Part shown: positions 25,933 to 38,169 of the stretch, piece after piece | How the letters are laid out: each line of letters opens with the position of its first letter | How positions within the stretch are numbered: position 1 is the stretch's first letter | Origin: Octopus bimaculoides | Lineage: Eukaryota | Assembly (NCBI RefSeq): GCF_001194135.2 | Contig: NC_068994.1 | Location: forward strand, 18,746,785 to 18,810,784 | Reading direction: 5' to 3' | Length of the DNA: 64,000 nt | The notes under the pieces: generated by a model | Database searches by the model: none | What the model was told of the DNA's origin: nothing | Seen by the model: the letters and a program-made list of their open reading frames with translations, nothing else | Program-made: the position numbers and the translations under genes

Positions 25933-26150
25933 AATGAGTATATGCACACACATACACACGTNNNNNNNNNNNNNNNNNNNNNNNNNNNNNNNNNNNNNNN
26001 NNNNNNNNNNNNNNNNNNNNNNNNNNNNNNNNNNNNNNNNNNNNNNNNNNNNNNNNNNNNNNNNNNNNNNNNNNNNNNNNNNNNNNNNNNNNNNNNNNNN
26101 NNNNNNNNNNNNNNNNNNNNNNNNNNNNNNNNNNNNNNNNNNNNNNNNNN

Positions 26151-26197
<47 letters not shown>

Positions 26198-26999
26198 ATA
26201 TACATATAAAGACAGATATATTTACGTATACAAAGTTATAAATACGCGTATATACACATTATTGCTATAAATATAGAAATTTTGTTGTGTGTGTGTGTGT
26301 GTGTGTGTGTGTCAAGTAGAAGTCAAGTACGAACCATCAATATATGAAGAGTTGACAGGAGTGTTTTATAAACAGCTAAGTTCTAATAGAAATAATTACT
26401 AAAAATTCATAGCTCATTGCTGTGCAGCTGATTTCTATACGGTTTTAGCGGAATTTTACCTATCTATGTATATATATAGCAGTTAACAATATTGTTTTTT
26501 ATTTCAAGAAGAAAAAAAAACGTATCAAAGATCCTGACTCACTAACATGTAACTAGATACGGCTTTCAAGCAAACTTGATCGGTTGATATGCGCTTGGTA
26601 TAATCCTATTTCATATACAGTAACAATAATCTAATCTACTTTAATATTCACAAGAGCTAATTCGTCTCTATATGGTGTAATTTCAGGAGAGTTTAATCAA
26701 TGCTGTTATAAATGGGTTTATGAAGAGGAAAAGAGTAACGCATTTTCTTTTTTTAATTGCAAATTGATGTGTTCAACATGAATTTAGAGGCGATCTTTGA
26801 TTAAAACTATAGATCGATTTATAAAATAATTAAGACTGATATAAATATAAATAAACAGAAATTTCATTTGATGAAGTAAAACTAAGCTCCATTTCAGGAA
26901 AATTGAGACCGATAAAAAAAAATTTAAAAAAAGAATTACCAAATTCTCAACATTTAAAAAAAATGCCATCTACATTTTATAATGTACATCTTTTGATTG

Positions 27000-27650
27000 C
27001 CATTAGATTTCAGCCATGCTGGGACATCGCCTTGAATTTTTAGTCGAATGAATTAGACCCCAGTACTTATTCTATCGGTCTTTTGCTGAACCGCTAGCTT
27101 ACGGGGACGTAAACTCGCCAACACCGGCTGTCAAACAGTGACGGGGAACAAACATTAAGTCACACAGTCTACCAAATCCACTCACAAAGCTTTGGCCCGA
27201 GGCAATAGTAGAAAACACTCGCCCAAGGTAACACACAGTGGGACTGAACCCGGAATCATATGGTTGGGAAGCAAGTTTCCTATCACACAACCACGCATGT
27301 TAAACTTTCAGTAAATTGTAGTAATTTTTGCCGAAAATTTGATAAACATAAAACGTACATCTTTTTATTTATATATTATGATGCAACATGTCCTTGCCAA
27401 TAATGGCTAAAGTGAACTTAAGAAAAAGTCCTTTTGGCGTACATTTTTCTCTTAGTTTTTTACTAGTTTCAGTCATTAGACAGCGACCATGCTGGGGCAC
27501 CGCCTGGCAGCGTTTACTCGAACAAATCGATCCCAGTACTTATTATTTTAAACTTTTGCACTTATTCTATCGGTTTCTTTCGTCGAAACTCTTAGGGATT
27601 AAACAAACCAACACCAATTGCCAAGCGATGGCGGTACAAAGACACACATA
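27000..27650 (-). mobile_element. SINE A copies (27000-27298 and 3' part 27455-27650)
   Basis: Reverse-complement matches to family A. Confidence 0.8.
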
Positions 27651-29631
27651 CACATCATATTGTGTGGTCAGTACCTTTCTTGTTTTGATGTCCAGGCTGC
27701 GTATCACATCGAGTGCCCAGTTCAGTATCTCAAATGCTGTGGTACTAGCACTTGTACTGCAAAAGCATTGTGAGATATGGTCTTGTTAGAGGTAGACAGT
27801 TTTGAGTTCCATATTTTACGGAGTCTAAACGGGATCTGACGCAATTTTCGTTTACCAAATTCACTCACGAGACATCAGTTGGTCAAGGGCTTGCCGAAGG
27901 GGCTGCACGGGGATAGTGAACTTGAACCCACTTGGTTGCAGAGCGAGCTTCTTAAACACGCAACCATACTTGGTTCCCCAAAATGGGAAAGGATCGGTTA
28001 AGAGGATAAGCGCAGTCCCGTTCTGCCTTAAAACGAAGAACATGAAGAAAAAACAAACATATTTGACCTAATTTGGGGTGAGCAAAATGATTGTTAGTTG
28101 TACCTCGAAAAGTATTAACAGCTCCAGCTAATACGATTAATTACCATGTAATCGAATACTCCAAACTATCAAAGTTGAACAATTCGACCTGAAGTCTGAG
28201 ATTTGGGTCTGATGCAAGTGGCAGATTTAGAGCATGTGCTACAACAATTATGCTCGACCAAAATCCTCAGTGCAGAAAGGATTAAAAGCTTCCTTGTAAT
28301 AGCAACAACAAAATGAAAATAGAGTAAATGCCACGAAAGCACATGTCAGCAAAATGTAGTATTTGTTATGAACAGATATGAAGAGTAGTGTATATATACA
28401 TACAAAACTCATATGTATTTCTGATAAAGATGAGAAGTGTGTGTGTGTGTTGTGATAGTATCACTTTATCACATACTTCTTCCAAACGTGAAATATGGTT
28501 TCGGTGAGTTCCACATCTGTTTCCAGTTATGACATGTATCTGAAACATACAGGAATTATCATACGCAAACTTAACTATACGTTACGGATCACATCATCGT
28601 TAGAGAACATTCCTTAATTTATCATTCATACTGATAAGAGATAATGGTGGTTCCACATGAATTAGTTCGCTACACACAAGAAACACTTGTTCAAAATATA
28701 GGTAAAAATCTCCGATGACATTAACATTCCAGTAAGTCAAAAACACTGTTCAAATCTAATACAATCTACAATGAAGTTTACCAAGATTCTTATGATTCGT
28801 TAACCTTACCAAAACAAGCAAATTAAAGGCAGGACAAAAATGTCAATTCAACGAACTTGTTAAGTGATTAACGAATTAGTCTAAGAATGTAGTGATGGGA
28901 AGTCTGGACGACAGTCGGTAATATGTCTCACTGATATTTCAGAAACTGGCAATGTAAAAGTGAATTAAAAGTGTAAAGTTGGATTTAGAGAAGTAATAGA
29001 GTAAATGTACTGTAAAATCGGTGTTTATACTATCATTCTTAAATAACTCGATGAAATTGTCATGAGAAGAACTCGTGGATGAATGATAAAACAGGGTTGT
29101 TCTAATTCCAGAAGTGAGTCAGAAAGATTAAATAGACAAGGTCAATTATGTGAACGAGAGGAGTACAACAGACTGAATCATCCCCCGTTGCGTATATTTA
29201 TTGCGCTATCGCCACCGACTGAGCAAAGACCCTAACAATATTTCCCGATGGATGACTGATTTGCTTTCTCATTTGCAGTAAAGTCATATTGTTATCATTG
29301 ATACAAAATGAGTTTTTTCATAAAACGCAACAAAGACGGTAAACCATACGAAAAATAAGTTGTTACACAATGTAAGTTATAACATCTATTCTCTTATGTC
29401 TACCTCACTATCCTCGGCGAGACTTGCAAATAGGTTTGTCAATATCAGACTCGTATGACAAGTCAGAAGTGGGCAGTCAACAGACTAAGATCTCTACACA
29501 AACCATGCAATCCCTTCGGAGCGCAACAGTTTGAATTTACATGTGAATGAACAGGATCCGAAAAATAAATTCAGTATGCATTATATGATAATCTCATGTT
29601 AAGAGATCTACGAGTCATAGATCTCATAGAT

Positions 29632-29797
29632 AAGGCAGCGAGCTGGCAGAAACGAGGTCGACTTTGCCTTTCATCCTTTCGGAGTCGATAAATTAAGTAC
29701 CAGTTACGCACTGGGTCGATGTAATCGACTTAATCCCTTTGTCTGTCCGTGTTTGTCCCCTCTATATTTAGCCCCTTGTGAGCAGTAAAGAAATAAA
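29632..29797 (+). mobile_element. SINE D with internal deletion and a 20-bp TSD
   Basis: GGCAGAAACG|AGGTCGAC junction removes the B-box region; flanks ATCTA(C/T)GAGTCATAGATCTC at 29606-29625 and 29798-29817. Confidence 0.9.
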
Positions 29798-30859
29798 ATC
29801 TATGAGTCATAGATCTCTTAACATTTCTTTTTGACTTCGTAAGAAAAGAAAAACTTTTTGTGGCGTTTATTTTATCAGATTCGGCTGATTTAAAAGTAAA
29901 GCTGACCCTGACGAAGTCAAGTATGCAATAGAACATAAGTGCATGTGTCAGAGTGAAATGGTTGTGGAATGTGTAATGATATGGGCGTGTGCATGTGTTT
30001 ATTATTTAAATTTGCGAGACGAGCAGTGAAGTTGCAGAAGCGTCGGAAATAATAAACTGTAGCATTTGTTATTGTCTGTACGTTTCGAGTTCAAGGTCAA
30101 CTTTGCTTCTCTCCCCACCCGGGTCGATGAAATAAAGAATGTTATTTATGCCTAACAGAATGTCTTAAAAAATTGAGACTGAATAATGTAGTCCAAGATA
30201 GACAGTACATTAGCAGAATCGTTTAAACCTTGCAGTTTTTGATGCGGGTCTTAACGTATCGTTAATCTAATCAACTGTCCACGTATTCCAAATTTCTGCC
30301 TTTCATCTTTCCGAGGCTGGTAAAATAAGTACTGGTGAAGTAGTTGGATTTTATCTCAACTGTTTTCTGTCGCTCCCAAATTTCCGGCCTTGTGCCTATC
30401 ACAAATTATTTATTTACCGTATACAGTTAATTTTCGCATTGTAAGTATTACCGAAGAAAGAGTCGTTGGGTTCCATTTGCTACATCCCTTGTAAATAAAT
30501 TCACTAAAGCTACTGGCCTTCTGTAATTATGCTTAAACCTAGAAACAGAAAAACATTTTTCTCACAAAAAAAAAAAAAAAAANNNNNNNNNNNNNNNNNN
30601 NNNNNNNNNNNNNNNNNNNNNNNNNNNNNNNNNNNNNNNNNNNNNNNNNNNNNNNNNNNNNNNNNNNNNNNNNNNNNNNNNNNNNNNNNNNNNNNNNNNN
30701 NNNNNNNNNNNNNNNNNNNNNNNNNNNNNNNNNNNNNNNNNNNNNNNNNNNNNNNNNNNNNNNNNNNNNNNNNNNNNNNNNNNNNNNNNNNNNNNNNNNN
30801 NNNNNNNNNNNNNNNNNNNNNNNNNNNNNNNNNNNNNNNNNNNNNNNNNNNNNNNNNNN

Positions 30860-31042
30860 GGGGGGGGGGTATGAGTTGATTACATCAACCCAAGTGCTCA
30901 ACTGGTACTTATTTTAATGACCTCGAAAGGATGAAAGGCAAAATCGACCTCGACGGAATTCGAATTCAGAATGAAAAGACAGACGAAAAACCACTATGCA
31001 TTTTGTCTGGTGTGCTAACGATTCTGCAAGCTCGCCGCCTTA
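30860..31042 (-). mobile_element. SINE family D (other minus copies ~52810-52960 and 57900-58100)
   Basis: GGATGAAAGGCAAAATCGACCTCGACGGAATTCGAATTCAGA...GATTCTGCAAGCTCGCCGCC on the plus strand. Confidence 0.85.
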
Positions 31043-31379
31043 AATACGCTTAATATTACTATCTTTTAGCGTGTTGCCTGGTTATGTTTGTAAATTGCAA
31101 TACACCGTTAAAACATAGTGTTCGATATTTCGACTGGATCGGATTATTGACTTTATCGATATGTACTCATAGTATGTTGCTGCTTCTATTTTATTCGCTC
31201 GTAAAACGGTTGATAGTGAGTCGCTAACGGACTTCAATTTAACTGAGCGACTTTGAGATCTAACGAATTATTACTAAATAGCTGAATATTCAATTCCTAG
31301 CTCCCAACCCTACATCTCGTGTTAAAACTGTCAAGTGGCGTGTATTCCAAGAAAATTTTACAGTTTCTGAAAGCTATTG

Positions 31380-32200
31380 AGAAGAATGAGTCAGCGATAA
31401 AGTCAAATTTGCACTACTGGTGAACGAGAAAAAGATATTTTTGTCAGTTTCAAATACGAAGAAGGCCATAGATGTCAAGAACAAATTACCAGTTTCTATT
31501 ACACCTGAATCCATCTATTTAACGCTAAAAACAACTTCCTCGCTATCAAAGGCACTGAAACACTCAGGAATATTTGACGGAACTCATGTATATGAGAATT
31601 CAACGATTTTGACTGACAAGTTTAGTTATATATGGGTGATGTATCATTAATATTCTAACTCAAGGAAACTAGTTAAGTTCACTTGGCTAAAGCTGTAACT
31701 ATTGTGTTAAGAACTGAGGAAACTAACAGACACTATATTAGTGGTAACGCTGCATATGCTGTTGAGAATGGCAGCACCATGCAAATGTTTTAAAAGCATA
31801 GCTGGCAGAAAGCCACAAATATGTACAAAGTGTAATGGCAGTCACAAATTTGGGGTTCATTTTTGTCCTGCATATAGCAAAGAGTTTTATAAATCTGGCA
31901 CGTTTGCTCATTTTGAAGAAATATGCAAATCTAAAACGGTTGCTCCACCAATAAGAAAACATAAAAAAAATTTGATGCATTATTTGTGGACAAACTAGAT
32001 ACTGGCAAACTTCCGTAACTTTGTACATTGTCAGTTGTAGGTGATAAACATAAAATACAGTTAGACAAACAAGCAACGTGTTTGTTACCACTGACTTGTT
32101 GAGTATCTGAAGTTAGAACTATTATGGAAGAAACACTGCAGACCTATTTCAGAAGAAATAACGACCAGTGTTACAAAGACTGTGCTATTTTCAAGGCCTC
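31380..32200 (+). pseudogene. Gypsy LTR-retrotransposon gag-protease remnant
   Basis: Degenerate double zinc knuckle CTKCNGSH...CPAYSKEFYKSGTFAHFEEICKSK, then KLDTG aspartic protease motif (LDTG 31995-32006) in another frame. Confidence 0.7.
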
Positions 32201-32599
32201 CGAAAAATTTGGTAGATAGAACAAAGTTGCCTTTGGGTTCCGGGAAAATCTCTCAAAATTCAAGGGGCTATGATTTTTTAAATTTTTTTTATTTCAGGGA
32301 GAGGCTCAACAGATAGTCTTTGACCCCACTTTGGTTCCCCGAGCCCCATATCAACGTGCCGACTGAAATCTCCCTTTTATAGGTACTAGTTAATTCTGTA
32401 TGTTTCATAGTGATTGGAAATAGAGCAAAAAAAGTTGAAGAACTTTACAAAAACATATTCAAGTCCTGCAAACGTAACAGAAAACTTTGCGGGTGGCTTT
32501 CAAGTTCTTGAAATTAAACATACTGTAGATTCTAAAATAACACTAGCTGCACGTTCATGAAAAATAGCAAAAATATTGAGGGGGGGGGGGCTAATGCAA

Positions 32600-34220
32600 G
32601 ATTTTGAAATACCTGGAATAAAATAGTTGTCATACGGAATTGAATCAACTGACTAGGTTAATAGCCTGGTGTTAAGATAACGCAGTGGGCACTATCTCGT
32701 GCTTCTTTAAGGGGACAGAGCATTCGTCTGAGTTGTTGAAATACATTTTACTCTTTGCCCTCCCTGCTTTTAGATAATAATGTTGTGAACCTTCAGATAC
32801 GATATACTCCAATAGGAGTTAGTGGCAGAGGTTCTAGCTCTTCGACCAAACACAACCGAACAACGGGAGAAAGTATATGCTATGGTATGTATGATCATAC
32901 AGTTTGAAAGAGTAAGGAATGAATACTCTTTCACTAGCAGTGATTTCAAAATTCCAACTGCTCATTGCCATGCTGTTCTGTTGTGGTTGAAAGTTCTGTA
33001 CTCAAACAACCAAATGTTGGAAAATTCTGCAAAATTGTGGTCCGTTGTCTCTCATAAGTGTTAATGAAACACCCTGTCTTGAAAACAGGGATTCCTGTTT
33101 TCAAGACAGGAGTTTATGACAGGTTAGTCTTTGTGTCTAGTGGTTAGCTTTATGTCCACAAGGACGAGGAGAAAGTAATTTCTCATGCTGAAACAAGATT
33201 TATCTTGACAAGTGATCATAGCAACTTTTCCATTTTTAAGGGTCTCCTTCTGTTGTATTCTTCAGTTCTACAGTCATACTACATTTATCAACCAGTTCAA
33301 TGATGTCGGGCCAATACAGTAATTCTTTTGTATTCTTTAGGTACAGCAGTCGATCTAACACTTATTTGTTGTCTCACTAGGCGTGGAACAATAACTTCCC
33401 TTTAAATACTACCCCTTGGACACGAAGTCATTCACCCTTGCATCTCCAGAAACTCAGAATAACGTCTGCAAATAGCAGTTTGCAGACCAGTCCTGTTTCA
33501 GAGCTTGTACAAATTCATGCGTTGGCTATCATTAACAATTTTAGCTTCCAGTTCAGTAGTCTTTGCATCACTCATCTGAAACATTGGTAAACAATATTTC
33601 ATGACTTACATTGACTCTCTCACGAGTGAGAAACCGTTCGCACGTTGTATGACTAAAGTGAACTCGCAATTTTCAAATTTCTTTCGTTTTACATAGTTTA
33701 GAGAGCTATTATATCATTCCCCCGTCTATTCATCATTTTATGCAACCTTAGATGAACTTTGTAAAGAAATTTGCTTAGAATACTTAAAGTTTTATGATAT
33801 ATCTCCACTCCGAACATTGTACCATACACACACTTTCGGTGCTTAACACTTTCACAAATGATCAGCACCAAAAACAGCAGTTATTAGATCTTTTTCCATC
33901 TGAGATCATTTTTGTTTAATCGAAATCAATGCCATGGATACATATGCTTTTGAATGTTTTGCCATTGTAGAACAGCAACACTTGTGATTTTGCTTGCATC
34001 CACTGATATACGTACAGGCTTAGTTACATCCAAATAGACCAATACTTGTGAGATACTTACAATCAGTCTAATACTGTCAACCCTTTATTATTATTATCAC
34101 ATTTATGAGCCTATTGAAATGGTCTTGTTCTCTTTTAAAGGTTCATTCATTTCTGACAAATGAGGAATAAGTTGGCAAGTTATGTATGTTACTATGCATA
34201 ATAGAATGTCTTCAAACAAT
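32600..34220 (-). pseudogene. Gypsy pol remnant (RT thumb, RNase H, integrase)
   Basis: Minus-strand motifs in order: LIPHLSEMNEPLK; VLVYLDVTKPVRISVDAS; QMEKDLITAVFG; VYG..VEIYHKTL; VQGVVFKG; LYWPDI; QQKETL; TLMRDNGPQF (DNGPQF 33049-33032); GRRART. Confidence 0.9.
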
Positions 34221-34842
34221 GAAACATATTGAATAATGTAAACCAAGATGGACAGTGGATTAGCAGAATCTTTAAAAACCTTGCAGTTTTGATGTAGGTC
34301 TTAACGAATGGTTCTAAATCCTGTTGCAGTCAACTTTGTCTGGTAACCGTCCAGACCGAGGGCAACGGATTTTGAGAGTTGGACAAAATGCTTTGCAGTG
34401 GTATTTTCCGGCTCTTTACAGACTGATTTCGCCTGTGACGATACTTGTTTCCTTGAGGAACGTCGGTAGCGTGGAGAAGAAGAGGCTCACTCAATAGACA
34501 ACAAATAAAAACTTCGCCCGAGAGGGAAACTTTCAAGGTGTAGACTGTGTTGTCTTAAGGCATGGGACACTGGGTAGTTGTCAAAGGTTCTCACGGATCT
34601 AAGGGCCCAATTCTAGTCTATATTTGTCGTAGCTTTCTGTTAAGGAATAAACACTATAGCGCCCAGTGCATTGATGTGTCCGGTGGGGGAAGGGCTATAA
34701 TGCTTCTAATACGGCGCTGTGCAAAAATAAAGCTAACTCCGACGGACAGGACAGAGGCCTATTACAGAGAAACAATGCTATATATAGAAAAATCTTGCGA
34801 TAGTTACAACCAGAATATCTTTGATCATAGGCCTGTTCAATC

Positions 34843-35306
34843 CAATGGTTCTCAACCATTTTTTCCTTATCTATGGACCCTTTGATTACTATTTTATTCT
34901 AGTGGACCCCTTTAGCCATTCGATTTTCAAAAATTTATTCTATAGATACTTCTTTCAAAATTTCTATTTTGTCCCCCACTTGTGTAGGTTTGCCACAGTG
35001 CTCTTTAAAAGAACGTTTCGGTGGTTGGAAATATGTTGAAAGAAACCTAGCTGTTTCTGGCAAGAAATACATCTAAAGCAAAGTTTTTTTTTCAGCTACC
35101 CTTAAAAGGCAAATATTAAGAATACGCACACCCGGTGTTTAGGGTTCGGGTTTTTGTTATGCCGAAAACGGGTGGTGTGCGTATTCTTTATCTCTGCACC
35201 TTCAAAATACTACTGTGGATCCAATTTACTATTTTACTTGCGTGGACACCCCAAAAATCTCATATGGATCTCCAGGGTCCATGTGGACCCTGGTTGAGAA
35301 CCACTG
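34843..35306. mobile_element. hAT (Charlie-like) MITE, 464 bp
   Basis: 16-bp TIRs CA(A/G)TGGTTCTCAACCA with 1 mismatch; perfect 8-bp TSD GTTCAATC (34835-34842 and 35307-35314). Confidence 0.92.
35120..35186. mobile_element. 67-bp mini inverted-repeat element nested in the hAT MITE
   Basis: GAATACGCACACC...GGTGTGCGTATTC, flanked by TTAA and TTTA; internal TTTAGGGTTCGGGTT. Confidence 0.55.
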
Positions 35307-35822
35307 GTTCAATCGGAGGCGATCTGGAGCTTTGGCGTTAAATGTTATAATTAGTTAAAAGTGTCTGTATTGACGAACGTGTGACTGAGAACTTGTGAAA
35401 ATGTGAACAACCATGTGTCTATGGTAAAGCATGTAAATACTTACGCGCACAAAAGTGTGCGAAATATTTGTCTGTGTATGTCAGATAAGTAAATATACAT
35501 AAAGTGCATATAACGAGATGCGATGATGCATCTCGTGTCCGTATTGAAAAGATATAAGTGTACATAAGCAAATATAGCATTTATAATGAGTATAGTATGA
35601 TTGTACACAATTCCATATAATGTCTTGTCTAGTCATGAGTGCGCACGGTAAGCAGCAGCATAGCTACACATCTGCAGAAGTCTTTTGAATTGAATCTGTG
35701 TACAAACATTAAACCATTGTTGACATGGAAGTAATGTCCCAAAGACAATATTTATAACCAGTCCGTTTTTTTGCTTTTTTTTGTCTTGTTTTTAAAGAAA
35801 AATATAATCATTAAAGCAGAAA

Positions 35823-35857
<35 letters not shown>

Positions 35858-36883
35858 CTTAATTGGCTTGCACAAATTAACAAGAACAATGGAAACTAAG
35901 ATCTCTTTCTCTCACATACACAATAAGATAAAATTACGCTTGAATGGAACTGGCGATACCAAATAATCGCTAAATCATTCGGGCAACTTTCGGAAGTGAA
36001 AAAATGAATAAATAATTAAAAAACGGTCGGTGCAGAAATAGCTTCACTCTAAACTACTTGATGATTAGGAAAATTATTCTTTTTACAAGAACAAAAACTG
36101 TAATGCGTTAACAACATAGACAAATAAAGGTTCAATACACACATATATATCCACGCATACATACATCCACACACATACATCCGCACAAAATACACTCACA
36201 CACACACACATTACGGGGAAGGGGGAAATAAGACAGGAGTTTTGTCTGCCCCATTTCCAAACTATTAACAGGCTTAAGGATGAAATCAATCCCAGTCCTT
36301 TATTGAATTTCTTTGATTATTTCTTGAAGGAAAAGTGGGAGGGGGACAAAAATTCTAAGTAAATAAACCCGAAAGGACAAAAAAGGTTCACTTACAGAAT
36401 AAATGTGACTTTTAATAAATTATATTTCAAACCTAATTTAACTTTGTTTTTATATTATTTTCCCGTCGATTAAAATAAGTCTGTCACTTCTCGGTCAGGA
36501 ATGCCATAAAGATTTATTCGTTTATAATTATTATTATTTTTTTTTTCATTTTCTTTTTTATAAGTAGACATTTAAACCAAATGAAATGAAAAGAATACTC
36601 GATACACGTTTGAAGTATTATTTATCTAAAAAAAATACGGTCAAAGAAAACAAACGAATAAAAAAAATCACTTTCAGATCACTTCCTTAGTCACCATCTC
36701 CCTTGAAAACTATTTGAGAACAACGGCGCCAAATCTACCCCTCCACGTCTTGGAACTGGTAAGATCTAAACAAACAGAAATTTGGATACCTTCGCCTGTT
36801 TCGTCGACACACACACACACGCAATGCGCGCGCGCATACACATATACACACGCGTACATACACATGTATACACACATGTACTT

Positions 36884-36920
<37 letters not shown>

Positions 36921-37405
36921 CACACGCGTACATACATATGTATACACACATGTACTTGTTTATATATATACACACACACACACATACATAAATAGAGTAT
37001 GTATATGCACATATATACAAGGTACGTGTGTTTATGTATATATACATAATTATATATCACACGCATAATGTGTATGTACCCCTATACAATGTGTGTTCAT
37101 GTGCAATAAATGAATTATAGACATACATTAATGCGTTACATTGTATGTGAACATACACGCATTTAAGCAAATATACATGTGTTTAAAAAGGCATACATGT
37201 GAAACTACATGTACACATGTGTTCATGAAAAACACGTACAATTAACAATTTAGAGTATTTATCGACATGCGTGTGTTGCTTGTGAATACACAGAATATAG
37301 TAAACATATAATTTTGAAAGTAAGGTATTTACTTCCCTATCAGCCCTGTAAACATTGCGAAAATGGGTGGCAAATGAAAACAAAAAAGAAAAAGAGTTCA
37401 CCTAC

Positions 37406-37439
37406 CTTTGTTGTTTTGGCTCGAAGATGTGTTACCCAT
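37406..37439 (-). CDS. Candidate first coding exon, MGNTSSSQNNK + phase-1 donor
   Basis: AGGATGG start context, in-frame TGA just upstream, donor AAG|GTAGGT, Gly2/Ser6 N-myristoylation pattern. No homology support beyond the motif. Confidence 0.4.
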
Positions 37440-38169
37440 CCTTCAGGTATTTGGGGGTAACTTCATCAAGAAGCCAGGTAAAATAAAACAAGAATGGTAA
37501 AATTAAAACCTCGCCTAAATTTTTCCGAACTTGGTGACTGTCGATTTTGCTTTTTCTTTGTTTTTTTTAAGATTTTGTTGTTGATTTCTCAAAAGCTCTT
37601 CGTATTTTATTTTATTTTTTTTTTCCAACTGAAGAGCAAAAAGATACATACACACGCATGTACCCAATTATTAATTAATACTTGGTTAGAATCGAAAAAC
37701 AATGGTAAAAATAACCTGCAGCTAGTTTCGTGGTAGTGTCACACATATCCGAGAGAATACTGATGGTTACGTGGGTAGTTTTGTTGGTTACACGCATAAA
37801 ATAACATCAATAATTGTAATATATGTCGAATTGGTTTCCCATGTAAAACGTCAGAACAGAAATCCCGGTGAAACAAACCACTGGAATGACACCAACGAAA
37901 GTCACAAGCTCACATCCTTCCTTCCCAAAATCATGGACATGCTTATTATGTATGCGTATATGTTGCAATATAGCATGTAGTAACTGTGGATGATAGGTGT
38001 CTTGAGAGAATGCCACTTGTCGAAGATGGGGTGACGGCAACGACCAAAATTTTACCAGCCAGTCGTGGAAATAAGTTCAAACCGAGCAGAATTTCAACAG
38101 CTCGGTGTTGGCGGGTTTGGAGTTATCATCACTCAACGTTGACAATTGAACTACTTTATTTGTCTCCTT

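Noticed and set aside
32200-32600. LTR/PPT between the Gypsy parts (G-run at 32579-32590)
   Set aside because: No TG..CA LTR pair, and the G-run is on the wrong strand for the minus-strand pol.
36691-36758. Plus-strand exon-like segment ending CTG|GTAAGA
   Set aside because: The peptide is unrecognisable and the acceptor is ambiguous; chance level in this composition.
37427-37477. Competing plus-strand first exon MCYPSFRYLGVTSSRSQ|GTAAAA
   Set aside because: Weaker start context and donor, no motif, and no convincing downstream plus exons; not fully excluded.
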